A DNA stretch of 33,843 bases from Elainellaceae cyanobacterium (GCA_051117555.1 JBNPEG010000098.1:5771-39613), one strand, 5' to 3'; positions 17,388 through 28,923 are shown, counted from the first letter of the stretch. Numbers and translations: made by a program. The notes: generated by a model from the letters alone, not told the origin.

Positions 17388-20204
17388 ATGCTGTTGAAGA
17401 ATTTACTGGGCGATCCCAACGCGCGAAAGCTCAAGAAGTACCGACCCGACGTCGTTGAAATTAATCTTTTAGAAGAAGAGATTCAGCCTCTATCCGATCA
17501 AGAATTGGCGGGTAAGACGGCGGAGTTTAGGCAGCGAATCGAAAAGGGCGAGTCGCTCGATTCGCTTTTGCCAGAAGCCTATGCGGTCGTCCGTGAAACA
17601 GCACGGCGGGTCCTCGGTATGCGGCACTTTGACGTGCAGCTAGTGGGTGGCATGGTGCTGCACGAAGGCCAGATTGCAGAGATGAAAACCGGGGAAGGTA
17701 AAACCCTGGTGTCAACCCTCCCAGCCTATCTGAATGCGATCGAGGGCAAGGGCGTCCATATCGTTACGGTCAACGACTATCTAGCACGACGAGATGCCGA
17801 GTGGATGGGGCAAGTTCATCGGTTCTTAGGCTTGAGTGTTGGGCTAATCCAACAGGGCATGAGTCCATCTGAGCGTCGCAAAAACTACGCCTGCGATATC
17901 ACGTATGGCACCAATAGCGAGTTGGGGTTTGACTATTTGCGAGACAACATGGCAACGTCCATGGCAGATGTTGTGCAGCGTCCATTTAATTACTGCATTA
18001 TTGACGAAGTTGATTCGGTTCTCATTGACGAGGCTCGGACTCCTCTCATTATCTCAGGGCAGGTTGAGCGACCCAGCGAAAAATATATTAAGGCGGCAGA
18101 AGTCGCAACAGCCCTCGCTAAGAAAGAGGATGAAGACGACGATGGGCACTATGAAGTTGATGAAAAAGCTCGAAATGTGCTCCTAGCTGACGAGGGCTAT
18201 ATCGAAGCTGAACAGCTTTTAGGGGTCGATGACCTGTTTGATCCCCAAGATCCGTGGGCGCATTACATATTTAATGCGATTAAAGCAAAAGAGCTGTTTA
18301 TTAAAGACGTAAATTATATTGTCCGCAATGGCGAAGTTGTGATTGTGGATGAGTTTACAGGGCGGGTAATGCCGGGTCGTCGCTGGAGTGATGGGTTGCA
18401 TCAGGCGATCGAAGCGAAAGAACATACCGACATTCAACCCGAAACCCAGACATTAGCAACGATTACCTATCAAAATTTCTTCTTGCTCTATCCGAAGCTG
18501 GCTGGCATGACCGGAACTGCGAAGACGGAAGAAGCAGAATTTGAAAAAATTTATGATTTAGAAGTTACGGTTGTCCCCACTAATCGTCCCACGGGGCGCG
18601 TTGATTTGTCCGACGTCGTCTATAAGACTGAGGAAGCAAAGTGGCGATCTGTCGCGCAAGAATGCGCGGAGATGCATGAACTAGGTCGCCCCGTGTTGGT
18701 TGGGACAACCAGCGTTGAAAAGTCAGAATTGCTCTCTACGCTGTTGAGCGAGCTTAAAGTTCCGCATAATTTGCTCAACGCCAAGCCCGAAAATGTTGAG
18801 CGAGAATCAGAAATCATTGCTCAAGCAGGGCGAAAAGGTGCAGTGACGATCGCCACTAACATGGCAGGACGCGGAACTGACATCATTTTAGGCGGTAATG
18901 CTGACTATATGGCTCGCCTTAAGGTCCGCGAGTATTTGATGCCTCGTATTGTCAAGCCCGAAGACGAAGATACGTTTTCAGTGACGAAGGTGTCCGGCGG
19001 TGGCAGTCGCAGCAAAGGAAAAGGATTTACACAAGGCAGTGGTCAGAAGATTAAGACCTGGAAAGCATCTCCTCAGATTTTTCCGACTCAGCTTTCTCAA
19101 GAAGCCGAAAATTTGCTGAAAGAAGCGGTCGATGTTGCGGTTAATCAATATGGTGAGCGATCGCTCTCTGAGCTTGAGGCGGAAGATAAAGTCGCAGTCG
19201 CAGCAGAAAAAGCGCCAACAGAAGACCTAGTCATTCATAAGTTACGGGATGCCTGCAACCTCATCTTGCAAGAATATGAAGCGTTTACTCGCCAAGAGCA
19301 CAATGAGGTGGTTGAGTGCGGCGGGCTACACGTCATCGGCACAGAGCGCCACGAATCTCGGCGTATTGACAATCAGTTGAGAGGTCGTGCGGGACGGCAA
19401 GGTGACCCTGGGTCTACTAAGTTTTTTCTGAGCCTGCAAGATAACCTGCTGAGAATTTTTGGGGGCGATCGCGTTGCCGGGCTGATGAACGCATTTCGAG
19501 TCGAAGAAGATATGCCCATTGAGTCAGGGATGTTGACTCGGTCGCTAGAAGGAGCCCAGAAAAAGGTCGAAACCTACTACTACGACATTCGTAAGCAGGT
19601 CTTTGAATATGACGAGGTAATGAATAATCAGCGTCGCGCCATCTATGCAGAGCGGCGACGAGTGCTTGAAGGACTCGATCTCAAAGAGCAGGTGATTAAG
19701 TATGCTGAACGCACGATGGATGACATCGTCGATGCATACGTTAATCCTGATTTACCTCCCGAAGAATGGTCGCTCGATAAGCTCGTTGATAAGTCTAAAG
19801 AGTTCGTCTATTTGCTCCAAGATCTTCAGCCAGAGCAGCTTGATGATCTGACGATGAGTGAAATTAAGACGTTCTTGCATGAACAGGTTCGGATTGCGTA
19901 CGACATGAAAGAAGCTCAAGTTGACCAGATTCAACCAGGGCTCATGCGCCAGGCGGAACGATTCTTCATTTTGCAGCAAATTGACACTCTGTGGCGTGAG
20001 CATTTGCAACGCATGGATGCCCTGCGTGAATCCGTAGGATTGCGCGGATATGGGCAAAAAGATCCGCTCATCGAATATAAGAGTGAAGGGTACGAACTGT
20101 TCCTAGACATGATGACGGAAATTCGGCGTAATGTAGTGTATTCGCTGTTTCAGTTTCAACCGCAGGTTCAGCCCTCAGTTCAGAAGTCCTCTGAAGTGGT
20201 TTAA
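17388..20204 (+). CDS. secA: Preprotein translocase ATPase SecA
   Basis: [47 protein letters not shown]. Confidence 0.99.
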   Translation: MLLKNLLGDPNARKLKKYRPDVVEINLLEEEIQPLSDQELAGKTAEFRQRIEKGESLDSLLPEAYAVVRETARRVLGMRHFDVQLVGGMVLHEGQIAEMKTGEGKTLVSTLPAYLNAIEGKGVHIVTVNDYLARRDAEWMGQVHRFLGLSVGLIQQGMSPSERRKNYACDITYGTNSELGFDYLRDNMATSMADVVQRPFNYCIIDEVDSVLIDEARTPLIISGQVERPSEKYIKAAEVATALAKKEDEDDDGHYEVDEKARNVLLADEGYIEAEQLLGVDDLFDPQDPWAHYIFNAIKAKELFIKDVNYIVRNGEVVIVDEFTGRVMPGRRWSDGLHQAIEAKEHTDIQPETQTLATITYQNFFLLYPKLAGMTGTAKTEEAEFEKIYDLEVTVVPTNRPTGRVDLSDVVYKTEEAKWRSVAQECAEMHELGRPVLVGTTSVEKSELLSTLLSELKVPHNLLNAKPENVERESEIIAQAGRKGAVTIATNMAGRGTDIILGGNADYMARLKVREYLMPRIVKPEDEDTFSVTKVSGGGSRSKGKGFTQGSGQKIKTWKASPQIFPTQLSQEAENLLKEAVDVAVNQYGERSLSELEAEDKVAVAAEKAPTEDLVIHKLRDACNLILQEYEAFTRQEHNEVVECGGLHVIGTERHESRRIDNQLRGRAGRQGDPGSTKFFLSLQDNLLRIFGGDRVAGLMNAFRVEEDMPIESGMLTRSLEGAQKKVETYYYDIRKQVFEYDEVMNNQRRAIYAERRRVLEGLDLKEQVIKYAERTMDDIVDAYVNPDLPPEEWSLDKLVDKSKEFVYLLQDLQPEQLDDLTMSEIKTFLHEQVRIAYDMKEAQVDQIQPGLMRQAERFFILQQIDTLWREHLQRMDALRESVGLRGYGQKDPLIEYKSEGYELFLDMMTEIRRNVVYSLFQFQPQVQPSVQKSSEVV

Positions 20205-21122
20205 CCTCACCTTCCTACGTCCTAATAATTTGACTGCTTTGCCCGCCGCGCTAGCCACTGGTTGACCGGAAAATTCTTTGTGAAGAATGATTACACCCGT
20301 TTGTAATGGTGTCAAACATAGGAATGGCAGTGTCGGAAGCTGTGCTCTCTACCATCTTTAGCATGCGCCCTGTGTAAACTGACTGTCTTCTGACGCGTCA
20401 ACCACGGCTGATAGAGCGTCAACCAGATAGCATAGACATGTCTCCTAACCCGAAGTCAAAGCTGGGTAAGCGTGCCTTCCTTTTCGCTGCCCTTTTCGCT
20501 GCCGTATTAGGACATTCAATGTGTGGATAATCCTGCCTCGCGCTGCAGAGATTCTACAGGCAAATTTAAGCTCGTAGGGCTATAACTGCTTACAGAATTG
20601 TGACGCCGATCTGCTATGCAAGCTCAACCCGCTGTTCTTTTGCTAGAGTATGCCTCGCGTCATATAGCTTCAGGACTGCGAAGTCTCCGATATTCAGGTC
20701 GACGTTGTCGAGTTGTACAGCTTTCTAATTCTCAACATGGAGGATTTTGTCAGTCAATCAGATTAACTTGTAGGCAAAAGAACCGCTAGTTAAAACAGCT
20801 TTCTATCGAATTGTTTGAACTGGAATACTTAATTCGATAGGGCGATCGCCCCGCATTTACATCTATCTTTGGTGATCCCCGATAGGTTTTAGGTAAAATC
20901 ACCCCGAAACACAATGTGATGCCGTATTACGTAAATTCTTAACGGTCTTGTTAAAAATATGACCGTTTTTTAACACAAAACTAAAAACAATATAAAGTTA
21001 ATATTTTGTTTGGGATCGCTGAAAGCCTCGTAAATCATGAGTTTTTAGCGTGTCGAAAGCCTTAAAGCTGAATTTGGAAAAGATGAGAATTAGGGAGGAG
21101 ATAAGCTAAACCCCATTCCAAT

Positions 21123-21428
21123 ATGAGAACCCTAACTTCTATCATCTCGACGTGCAGACACTGTCAACATTATGCAAGTGAAGGTCGTCGAGGCGGTCAT
21201 TGCAATCAGCTTGGTGCACCTGTACAGGGATGCTGGAAAGCCTGTTCTTTAGCAATCCCACCGTTCGCTCCATCTTGGGAGGCTACGGTGGGGATCAAGA
21301 TGTGGCAAGAACCATTAGAGAATTTAGAGGGCGAGTTATCGGTTGCTTGCTTAGATCTAGAAATGTCTCCAAATTCTGGTTTAGAACCGTTAGATGTTTT
21401 AGAAACACTAGCGAAGAACTGTTCTTGA
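21123..21428 (+). CDS. Small Cys-rich hypothetical protein
   Basis: CRHCQHY..EGRRGGHC..L...VQGCWKAC.LA.PPF pattern followed by an acidic tail; GGAGGAG upstream. Confidence 0.7.
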   Translation: MRTLTSIISTCRHCQHYASEGRRGGHCNQLGAPVQGCWKACSLAIPPFAPSWEATVGIKMWQEPLENLEGELSVACLDLEMSPNSGLEPLDVLETLAKNCS

Positions 21429-21660
21429 TAGGCAGCAGATACTGCATAATCTGCGTTTAATAGCCTCTAATTTCTAATTTGATAGTCTCTAATTTAATAG
21501 TCTCTAAAAGTGGCTTTTTGGATACACCAATACCTATTAATCCTTTAAATCAGGAATCCTTTAAAATCAGGTCAATGACAAATTGATACCTCACATTCCG
21601 ACTGACTTGACCGATTGGCTAGTTTGAGGTTATTCGATCAGGAATTGGTAGCACGTAGAA

Positions 21661-21708
21661 CCCCCTAAAAGGGCGATCGCCTTTTTAGAGCGACGTCCTT
21701 TTAGGGGG
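21661..21708. terminator. Palindromic hairpin between convergent genes (probable terminator), centred on HIP1
   Basis: CCCCCTAAAAGG (21661-72) / CCTTTTAGGGGG (21697-708); inner CTAAAAGGGCGATCGCCTTTTTAG. Confidence 0.5.
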
Positions 21709-21740
21709 AGAGTTATTCGACTAAGATTAATTCCCCAATC

Positions 21741-22583
21741 TTAACGTGACTGGATCTGCTTGGGGTTAAACAAAAATGGAACGCTGCCTGACTGCCCAGA
21801 CATGACTAGAACCTCAGGCATCGCCGCCCCACCTTCTCGCCATGCCTCAATCGCCTCTTTCTGAAGCACCAATTCTCCTCCTTGGGCTTTCAGCGTTTCA
21901 GCAAGCAATCGTTGAGCCTCCGCTTTACCTCTAGCACGGTTAATGTCTGCTTGAGCTTCTTGAGCAGCCTCTTGAGCGACGTATACGGCTCGACGCGCTC
22001 TCTGTTCTGCAATTTGCTTATCTTCAACAGATTTTGCAAATTCTTTCGAGAAATTGAGATCGATAATACTAGTGTCTAATACGATGACTCCATATTTCTC
22101 AAGGCGCTCATTTAGAGCGGTATCAAAGTCTTGCTTGAGTTCAGTACGCTTGGTAATAGATTCTTCAATGGTTCGTCGTGCTGCCGCAATTTTGAATGAT
22201 TCTTGGGTTTGGGGTGCAATAATCTTAGACACCAGATTTCCGAGGGTGCCTTGAGTTCTTCTGATTTCAACAACCCGAGTTGGGTCGAGGCGAAAATTAA
22301 TTGCAAAGCTAGCTTTGAGGTTTTGTAAATCTCGTGTTGAGCTTTCCGCCGGAACTTCAAACTTCTGCACGGTGACATCATAGACATCAACTGCGGAGAT
22401 CAGAGGTGGCTTGAGGTGAATTCCTTCAAGCAAAGCCCCTTCCCGAGCTTTCCCTAGAATGCTTATGACTCCGGCTTGTCCAGGATTAATGACTACAAAT
22501 GAATTAAGCCCAATGATGACAACAATAAATGCGAGAATGGCCACAATAATAGTCGACAAGCTCTGGGATTGCTGATTCTTCAA
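21741..22583 (-). CDS. Prohibitin / SPFH (band 7) family protein
   Basis: N-terminal TM, EGIHLKPP, STRDLQ, FSKEFAKSVEDKQIAEQ coiled coil. TTG start after an AAGGAG RBS. Confidence 0.92.
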   Translation of the reverse strand: MKNQQSQSLSTIIVAILAFIVVIIGLNSFVVINPGQAGVISILGKAREGALLEGIHLKPPLISAVDVYDVTVQKFEVPAESSTRDLQNLKASFAINFRLDPTRVVEIRRTQGTLGNLVSKIIAPQTQESFKIAAARRTIEESITKRTELKQDFDTALNERLEKYGVIVLDTSIIDLNFSKEFAKSVEDKQIAEQRARRAVYVAQEAAQEAQADINRARGKAEAQRLLAETLKAQGGELVLQKEAIEAWREGGAAMPEVLVMSGQSGSVPFLFNPKQIQSR

Positions 22584-22890
22584 AACTCGATTTCTCCTTT
22601 CTACGTAAACTAAATAATGGTTATGAATCGGGTTGTCCAGAACGAAGCTATTGTACCCTGTAGGATTTCACTTCAGAAATATATCGCCCGTTGTACATGG
22701 CACTGAACATGCTAAGAGCTGTCAAACCCTCCCGGCGTAGTGATAGGAAAGATTTATCCGCCTGCTCTATCCAACCTGTTCTATAACATTAAGGGCCAAT
22801 GATAGGTTGGATGGTGTTTGTCTAGGTGCGGTTTCTAGTCACTAATCTTACGATTTATGCTAGTTAATCATAGGGATAGGTTTGTTGACT

Positions 22891-22979
22891 TACAAGTAGG
22901 TGGGACCAATTAAATATGAGACCTGTGTAGGTTGGGTTGAGGTACGAAACCCAACGCCCGCATGGGTTACGCTATCGCT
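22891..22979. repeat. Truncated REP-containing element abutting the regulator stop codon
   Basis: GTAG-GTTGGGTTGAGGTACGAAACCCAAC hairpin (22927-22955), followed by the half-hairpin ATGGGTTACGCTATCGCT (22962-22979). Confidence 0.55.
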
Positions 22980-23646
22980 CATTAAGATGATTTTCCATCG
23001 CAAATCGAACTAGTTCAGCCCGATTGTTTGTATTTGTCTTACGCAGCAAACTACTAACGTATTTCTCAACCGTGCGAGGACTAAGGTGAATATGCTCTCC
23101 AATTTGGCTGTTGGATAGCCCGTCCATCAGTAAGTCTAAGACTTGTCGCTCTCGTTCCGTCAAATCAAGGATGAAAACGGCTGTCGGAGCGGTTGTTGAT
23201 CCGTCAGCATGGTGCTCGTTCTCTTCTAATAGCTCATTTGTCTGCACTCTCAATCGCCAATCCATTTGAACCATTTGCGCCCGTTCTAGCAGGTTGCGAA
23301 TTACGGCACCTAGTTCTTCTAAATCAAATGGTTTAGGCAAATAGACATCACAACCGAGCTGATATCCCCGGATTCTCTCTTCAGTATTAGTGCGCTCAGT
23401 GAGAAAAATAACGGGTAATAGGCGAAGTGCTGGTTGCCGGCGTACACGCCGCATCAATTCATATCCGTCCATACGTGGCATTGTAATATCAGTCACGATT
23501 AAATGGGGTTGATACTGGCTGACCATTTCTAGCGCTTTCTGACCGTTTTCGGCAGAAATAACCATATAGCCTGAAAGCTCAAGATAATCGCTAATCGATA
23601 GTCGAGTCCCCAGATCATCATCGACAACGAGGATTGTTAGAGACAT
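22972..23646 (-). CDS. NarL/LuxR-family response regulator
   Basis: Receiver domain ILVVDDD..IVTDITMPRMDG..YLPKPF plus HTH LTERERQVL..GLSNSQI..LSPRTVEKY. Confidence 0.95.
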   Translation of the reverse strand: MSLTILVVDDDLGTRLSISDYLELSGYMVISAENGQKALEMVSQYQPHLIVTDITMPRMDGYELMRRVRRQPALRLLPVIFLTERTNTEERIRGYQLGCDVYLPKPFDLEELGAVIRNLLERAQMVQMDWRLRVQTNELLEENEHHADGSTTAPTAVFILDLTERERQVLDLLMDGLSNSQIGEHIHLSPRTVEKYVSSLLRKTNTNNRAELVRFAMENHLNER

Positions 23647-24014
23647 GCCTCTTAAATAGGCTCCATACCATCATTAACCTAAGTTGGGATTCGTCGTAAG
23701 AAACGGGAATGGGCTCACGTTTGTGCATCGTTTCGTATGCTGTCACGGGTTAGTCACGTTCAGAATTATATCGGAAGCAACCGCATCAATCATTTACCCT
23801 GAATAGTATTCCTGCTGGATTGACAGCAACATATTGATAGCAACTATGGTTGGGCCGCAACATGCATTGTTTTGAATAACCCGAAAATTTCTAGAGATTC
23901 TGTAATGTGAGAGATTAAATAACTCTCGGCGCCATATTATCGAACTAATGTATATCTAGCTGTAACACAATCCTCTATGCCTCATTGACGTAGAGTCAAA
24001 TATAGATGCCAATA

Positions 24015-24102
24015 TATAGCAATCCCAGACGGGATGTGAGCGGTGGGGCGGCGCCCGCCCCACCGCTCACACCAAATTTATAAGCGATTTAGGATCGCTA
24101 TA
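24015..24102. mobile_element. 88-bp MITE-like element, copy 1
   Basis: TATAGCAATCC...GGATCGCTATA ends; internal hairpin TGTGAGCGGTGGGGCGG..CCGCCCCACCGCTCACA. Close copy at 26606. Confidence 0.8.
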
Positions 24103-24797
24103 AATCTAAAGACTATAGACCTTCATGCTCGGTAAACACATTTGATAGCTCATGGTCTTGCCTAACATCCTAACGAATCTTTATATGAAGGCGTGAGGCT
24201 ACGGCTCTCTGGGCTCAGCTTTTTATGTAGAAACCCAGCGCCGCATGGGGCTACACACGTTTGGCCTTCTAAAACAAGAAGGTAAGGTGATAACAAATGC
24301 AAATTGCAGATTTAGAGTGCTGCGGCTAGCTGCGATCGCACGTGAGATGAGACAGTCCATAGAGGATAATGCAGGTTCATTCGGCTGATAGCTGATATAT
24401 GCCGTCTTGTTAGCAATGCCTACTTTCCTAATTTCAAACTTACTGTCTTTACCTATGAAGCCGGTCACGCTTTCCGATACCATGAAGAGATGTCAAGATC
24501 CCTGATAACCTTACATACGTATAGCAAACCATCGCTCTAAATCTCCAAAAGTCGAAGAATTATGGCGCTGACGCTTTTTAATCTGGCTGCACATTTACCA
24601 TAATTGAAGTGTCTCGTCGTATACTTAGGAGTCTGAATCATTTGATTGCATTTGGGGTGACCAGGCGGTGATCTATTAGGATATTGGCTGTTGAAGCATT
24701 GGTATCAAGTGGTTTGATTATCAATATTGAGTGGTGTAAGGCTGCTGAGGATACTAAGATATTTCAGATGCAACCAGGAAGGTAGAACAGGAGAGTC

Positions 24798-25043
24798 ATG
24801 AGTCAAGAGGAAATTTATCAAAAGGTTCAAAAAATTGTTTCTGAACAGCTCGGTGTTGATACTGCCGAGGTTAAGCCGGAAGCCAATTTTGCTAACGATC
24901 TAGGAGCAGACTCTCTCGATACAGTCGAGTTAGTAATGGCGCTAGAAGAAGAGTTTGATGTCGAAATTCCAGACGAAGCGGCTGAAGGAATTGCCACCGT
25001 TCAAGCGGCAGTAGACTACATCGCTGGCAAGGTCGCTGTTTAA
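24798..25043 (+). CDS. acpP: Acyl carrier protein
   Basis: [20 protein letters not shown] phosphopantetheine site; AGGAG RBS. Confidence 0.98.
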   Translation: MSQEEIYQKVQKIVSEQLGVDTAEVKPEANFANDLGADSLDTVELVMALEEEFDVEIPDEAAEGIATVQAAVDYIAGKVAV

Positions 25044-25137
25044 TGTCGTCGCTAATCAATTAATTTTGTGTGCGTCGAATCTGCTTGCCTGCTCGGCAAT
25101 TTATTCTGGGTTTAGTTGACTCCTTTGAGTTGAAGTT

Positions 25138-26397
25138 ATGACAAACGTTGATTTTAAGAGTAAACGTGTTGTAATTACAGGGCTTGGTTCGATCACTCCA
25201 ATTGGTAATTCCCTCGCTGACTATTGGCAGGGATTACTAGACGGGCGCAATGGTATTGGTTCGATTACCTTGTTTGATTCGTCGCGTCATGCGTGTCGCA
25301 TTGCTGGAGAAGTCAAGGGATTTAATCCCCATGACTTCATGGATCGCAAAGATGCTAAGCGGATGGATCGGTTTGCCCAGTTTGCCGTTTCTGCCAGTAA
25401 GCAGGCGCTTGCGGATGCTAAGTTTGTCATCAATGATTTGAATGCAGAGCAAGTGGGTGTCGTCATTGGCACGGGCGTTGGCGGGCTTAAGGTTATGGAA
25501 GATCAGCAAGAGGTTTACTTAAATCGCGGGCCTGATCGCTGTAGCCCATTTATGGTGCCTATGATGATTGCTAACATGGCAGCCGGTTTAACCGGGATTC
25601 ACACAGGTGCTAAGGGACCCAATTCTTGTACCGTTACGGCCTGTGCGGCTGGTTCAAATGCGATTGGAGATGCATTTCGACTTGTCCAGGGGGGATATGC
25701 CCAAGCCATGATTTGTGGGGGTGCGGAAGCTGCCGTCACGCCGCTTTCCCTGGCAGGGTTTGCGTCGGCGCGGGCGCTGTCTAGCCGAAACGATGATCCA
25801 GAGCGTGCGTGTCGTCCGTTTGATCGCGATCGCGACGGGTTTGTGATGGGCGAGGGGGCCGGAATTCTAATTCTCGAAGAGTTAGAACATGCGCTAAGCC
25901 GAGGGGCGCATATCTATGGTGAGATCGTCGGCTATGGTATGACGTGTGATGCTTATCATATGACTTCTCCAGTCCCTGGGGGCGAAGGGGCTGCCAGAGC
26001 GATCCAGCTTGCATTGAAAGATGGAGGGCTTTTAGCTGAGCACGTAAGTTACATTAACGCTCACGGCACAAGCACTCCTGCTAATGACTCTACTGAAACA
26101 GCGGCGATTAAAACAGCGCTAGGAGATGCTGCGTACCGTGTTGCTATTAGTTCAACAAAGTCGATGACGGGGCATTTGCTTGGAGGCTCTGGCGGGATTG
26201 AAGCAGTTGCAACTGTCATGGCGATCGCCCACGACCAGGTGCCGCCTACGATTAATTTAGAAAATCCTGATGAAGCGTGCGATTTAGATTACATTCCAAA
26301 CAAAAGCCGTCATCTACCTGTTGAGGTTGCGCTCTCCAATTCGTTCGGATTCGGCGGACACAATGTCACGTTGGCATTTAGAAAATACAGTGGATAA
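25138..26397 (+). CDS. fabF: 3-oxoacyl-ACP synthase II
   Basis: TACAAG, AHGTSTPAND, KSMTGHLLG, NSFGFGGHN. Confidence 0.97.
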   Translation: MTNVDFKSKRVVITGLGSITPIGNSLADYWQGLLDGRNGIGSITLFDSSRHACRIAGEVKGFNPHDFMDRKDAKRMDRFAQFAVSASKQALADAKFVINDLNAEQVGVVIGTGVGGLKVMEDQQEVYLNRGPDRCSPFMVPMMIANMAAGLTGIHTGAKGPNSCTVTACAAGSNAIGDAFRLVQGGYAQAMICGGAEAAVTPLSLAGFASARALSSRNDDPERACRPFDRDRDGFVMGEGAGILILEELEHALSRGAHIYGEIVGYGMTCDAYHMTSPVPGGEGAARAIQLALKDGGLLAEHVSYINAHGTSTPANDSTETAAIKTALGDAAYRVAISSTKSMTGHLLGGSGGIEAVATVMAIAHDQVPPTINLENPDEACDLDYIPNKSRHLPVEVALSNSFGFGGHNVTLAFRKYSG

Positions 26398-26605
26398 ATT
26401 TCAATCGGCTATCAGCATCAGAAGACATTTGAGCAGGAGTCTTGTGAGAGAGTACTTGCGATAGATTATTGAGATAAGTATTAGTTGTAGGCAGAACGGT
26501 ATAAACTATAATCAATAGGTATACTCACTTATTCGCTTACTCGCTACGTTGCCGATGTGACATCGCAATGAATGTGATATCGCAATGAAACGGTAAGTTT
26601 GTAGC

Positions 26606-26692
26606 TATAGCAATCCTAGATGGGGTGTGAGCGGTGGGTGACGCCCGCCCCACCGCTCATACAAAATTCACAAGCGATTTAGGATCGCTATA
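26606..26692. mobile_element. 87-bp MITE-like element, copy 2
   Basis: Same ends and internal hairpin as 24015-24102, in the same orientation. Confidence 0.8.
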
Positions 26693-26756
26693 TCTGTTGT
26701 TTAATGTTTCAAATTTGTCGATCGCTATATCTGTTGTTTAATGTTTCAAATTTGTC
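26683..26756. repeat. 37-bp perfect tandem duplication
   Basis: GATCGCTATATCTGTTGTTTAATGTTTCAAATTTGTC at 26683-26719 and 26720-26756. Confidence 0.95.
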
Positions 26757-26919
26757 GTATGTCTTGAGGAAGATTTCAGGTCATCCTTGCTCGTCAATCC
26801 ACCTGATGGGATGATGGATTTGCAGTTCAAGTACGATTGAATTCGTTCCCAACGTTGTCAGATTTGACAGTTCGTCCATTCAAGCATTTAAACGTCGTTA
26901 CATCATTTAGAGAAGATTT

Positions 26920-28923
26920 ATGGCTGTCGTAACCCAGTCCCTCGAAGAGCTTTGTATCAATTCAATCCGTTTCTTGGCGATTGATGCAGTCCAAAAGGCT
27001 AACTCTGGACACCCAGGATTGCCAATGGGCGCTGCCCCGATGGCGTTTGTGTTGTGGGATCGCTTCATGCGGTATAACCCCAAAAGCCCAAGCTGGTTTG
27101 ATCGCGATCGCTTTGTGTTGTCGGGAGGGCATGGCTGCATGTTGCAGTATGCGCTGCTGTATTTGGCGGGTTACGACGGTATGAGTTTAGATGACCTCAA
27201 GCAATTCCGTCAGTGGGGGTCTAAAACACCCGGACATCCCGAGAATTTTGAGACGGAAGGCGTTGAGGTGACGACAGGGCCCTTAGGTCAAGGGATTTCA
27301 AATGGAGTTGGGTTGGCGATGGCTGAGGCTCACCTTGCCGCGCGTTATAACAAGCCAGATTGTCAGATCGTTAATCACTACACCTATGTGATTTCAACCG
27401 ACGGTGATTTGATGGAAGGGGTATCGGCAGAAGCGTCATCCCTAGCCGGTCACCTTGGTTTAGGTAAGCTCATTGTTCTATATGATGACAACCTCATTTC
27501 GCTTGATGGAGATACTGAGCTTTCTTTCACCGAAGACGTGACCAAGCGCTATGAAGCATATGGCTGGCATGTCCAAATGATTGATGATGGTAACACGGAT
27601 ATTGATGGCATTCATCAAGCGATCGCCGCTGCTCAATCTGTCACCGATAAGCCATCACTGATTCGAGTTAGAACAACGATTGGATATGGTTCTCCCAATA
27701 AGGCGCATACCCATACGGCACACGGTTCGCCCCTAGGTGAGGATGAAGTCGCTGCGACTCGTGACAACTTAGGCTGGCAATATGGCTCATTTGAAGTTCC
27801 AGAGGATGCACTTGCCCATTTTCGCAAGGCAATCGATCGAGGAGCGAAGCTCGAATCTGATTGGAACGATACGATGACGACCTACAAGTCAAAGTATCCC
27901 CAAGAAGCAGCTGAGTTTGAGCGCATTATCAGCAACACGCTGCCAGAGGGATGGGACAATTGCCTGCCGACGTATACGCCCGAAGATAAGGCAGATGCGA
28001 CGCGTAACCATTCTGGTAAGGTGCTGAATGCGATCGCCGATGCGCTTCCTGAGCTCTTTGGCGGTTCTGCTGATTTAGCAAGTTCTAACAAGACACTGTT
28101 AAAATCCTCCGGTAATTTCCAGAAAGGCGCGTACGAAAATCGCAACATCTGGTTTGGAGTGCGAGAACACGGCATGGGGGCTGCCTGTAACGGCATGGGG
28201 CGGCATGGTGGCGTAATTCCCTATGGGGCGACATTTTTAACATTCACTGACTATATGCGGGGTGCGATCCGCTTGTCTGCTCTGTCTCGCACTGGCGTGA
28301 TTTGGGTGATGACCCACGACTCGATTGCCCTTGGTGAAGATGGGCCGACTCACCAACCCGTCGAGCATATTGCCTCGCTGCGTGCAATTCCTAATTTGAT
28401 AGTGATTCGTCCGGCAGATGGTAACGAAACCTCTGGGGCCTATAAAGCTGCTATCGAAAATCGCGATGCTCCAACGTTGATTGCTTGTTCTCGCCAGGGG
28501 TTGCCAAATTTGGCGGGATCTTCAATAGAAAATACGATGAAGGGTGGCTATGTTCTTTCTGATAGCGATGGCACACCCGATCTGATTTTGATCGGAACAG
28601 GTAGCGAAGTACATCTTTGTGTACAAGCCGCAGAAACCCTCCGTAGCGAAGGGAACAAGGTGCGAGTCGTTTCTTTGCCATCATTCGAACTCTTTGACGA
28701 GCAAGATGACGCCTACAAAGAATCTGTTTTGCCTAAAGCTGTGAAAAAGCGTCTCGCTGTCGAGGCAGGCATAACGTTTGGCTGGTGCCGCTATACGACT
28801 AGCGATGGTGACGTCCTGGGCGTTGATAGCTACGGCGCCTCAGCTCCCGGCAAGACGTGCCTAGAGAAGTTTGGTTTTACAGTAGACAATGTAATAGCGA
28901 AGGCAAAATCATTGTTGGGCTAA
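26920..28923 (+). CDS. tkt: Transketolase
   Basis: [27 protein letters not shown] site, [16 protein letters not shown]. Confidence 0.98.
   Translation: MAVVTQSLEELCINSIRFLAIDAVQKANSGHPGLPMGAAPMAFVLWDRFMRYNPKSPSWFDRDRFVLSGGHGCMLQYALLYLAGYDGMSLDDLKQFRQWGSKTPGHPENFETEGVEVTTGPLGQGISNGVGLAMAEAHLAARYNKPDCQIVNHYTYVISTDGDLMEGVSAEASSLAGHLGLGKLIVLYDDNLISLDGDTELSFTEDVTKRYEAYGWHVQMIDDGNTDIDGIHQAIAAAQSVTDKPSLIRVRTTIGYGSPNKAHTHTAHGSPLGEDEVAATRDNLGWQYGSFEVPEDALAHFRKAIDRGAKLESDWNDTMTTYKSKYPQEAAEFERIISNTLPEGWDNCLPTYTPEDKADATRNHSGKVLNAIADALPELFGGSADLASSNKTLLKSSGNFQKGAYENRNIWFGVREHGMGAACNGMGRHGGVIPYGATFLTFTDYMRGAIRLSALSRTGVIWVMTHDSIALGEDGPTHQPVEHIASLRAIPNLIVIRPADGNETSGAYKAAIENRDAPTLIACSRQGLPNLAGSSIENTMKGGYVLSDSDGTPDLILIGTGSEVHLCVQAAETLRSEGNKVRVVSLPSFELFDEQDDAYKESVLPKAVKKRLAVEAGITFGWCRYTTSDGDVLGVDSYGASAPGKTCLEKFGFTVDNVIAKAKSLLG

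Noticed and set aside
18900..19310. Long insertion in SecA, and variable insertions in RadA, as possible inteins
   Set aside because: No intein termini; such insertions are normal in cyanobacterial orthologues.
20522..20530. Perfect DnaA box TGTGGATAA
   Set aside because: Isolated single site with no cluster; could be chance.
24223..24483. 86-aa ORF
   Set aside because: No recognisable domain or RBS.
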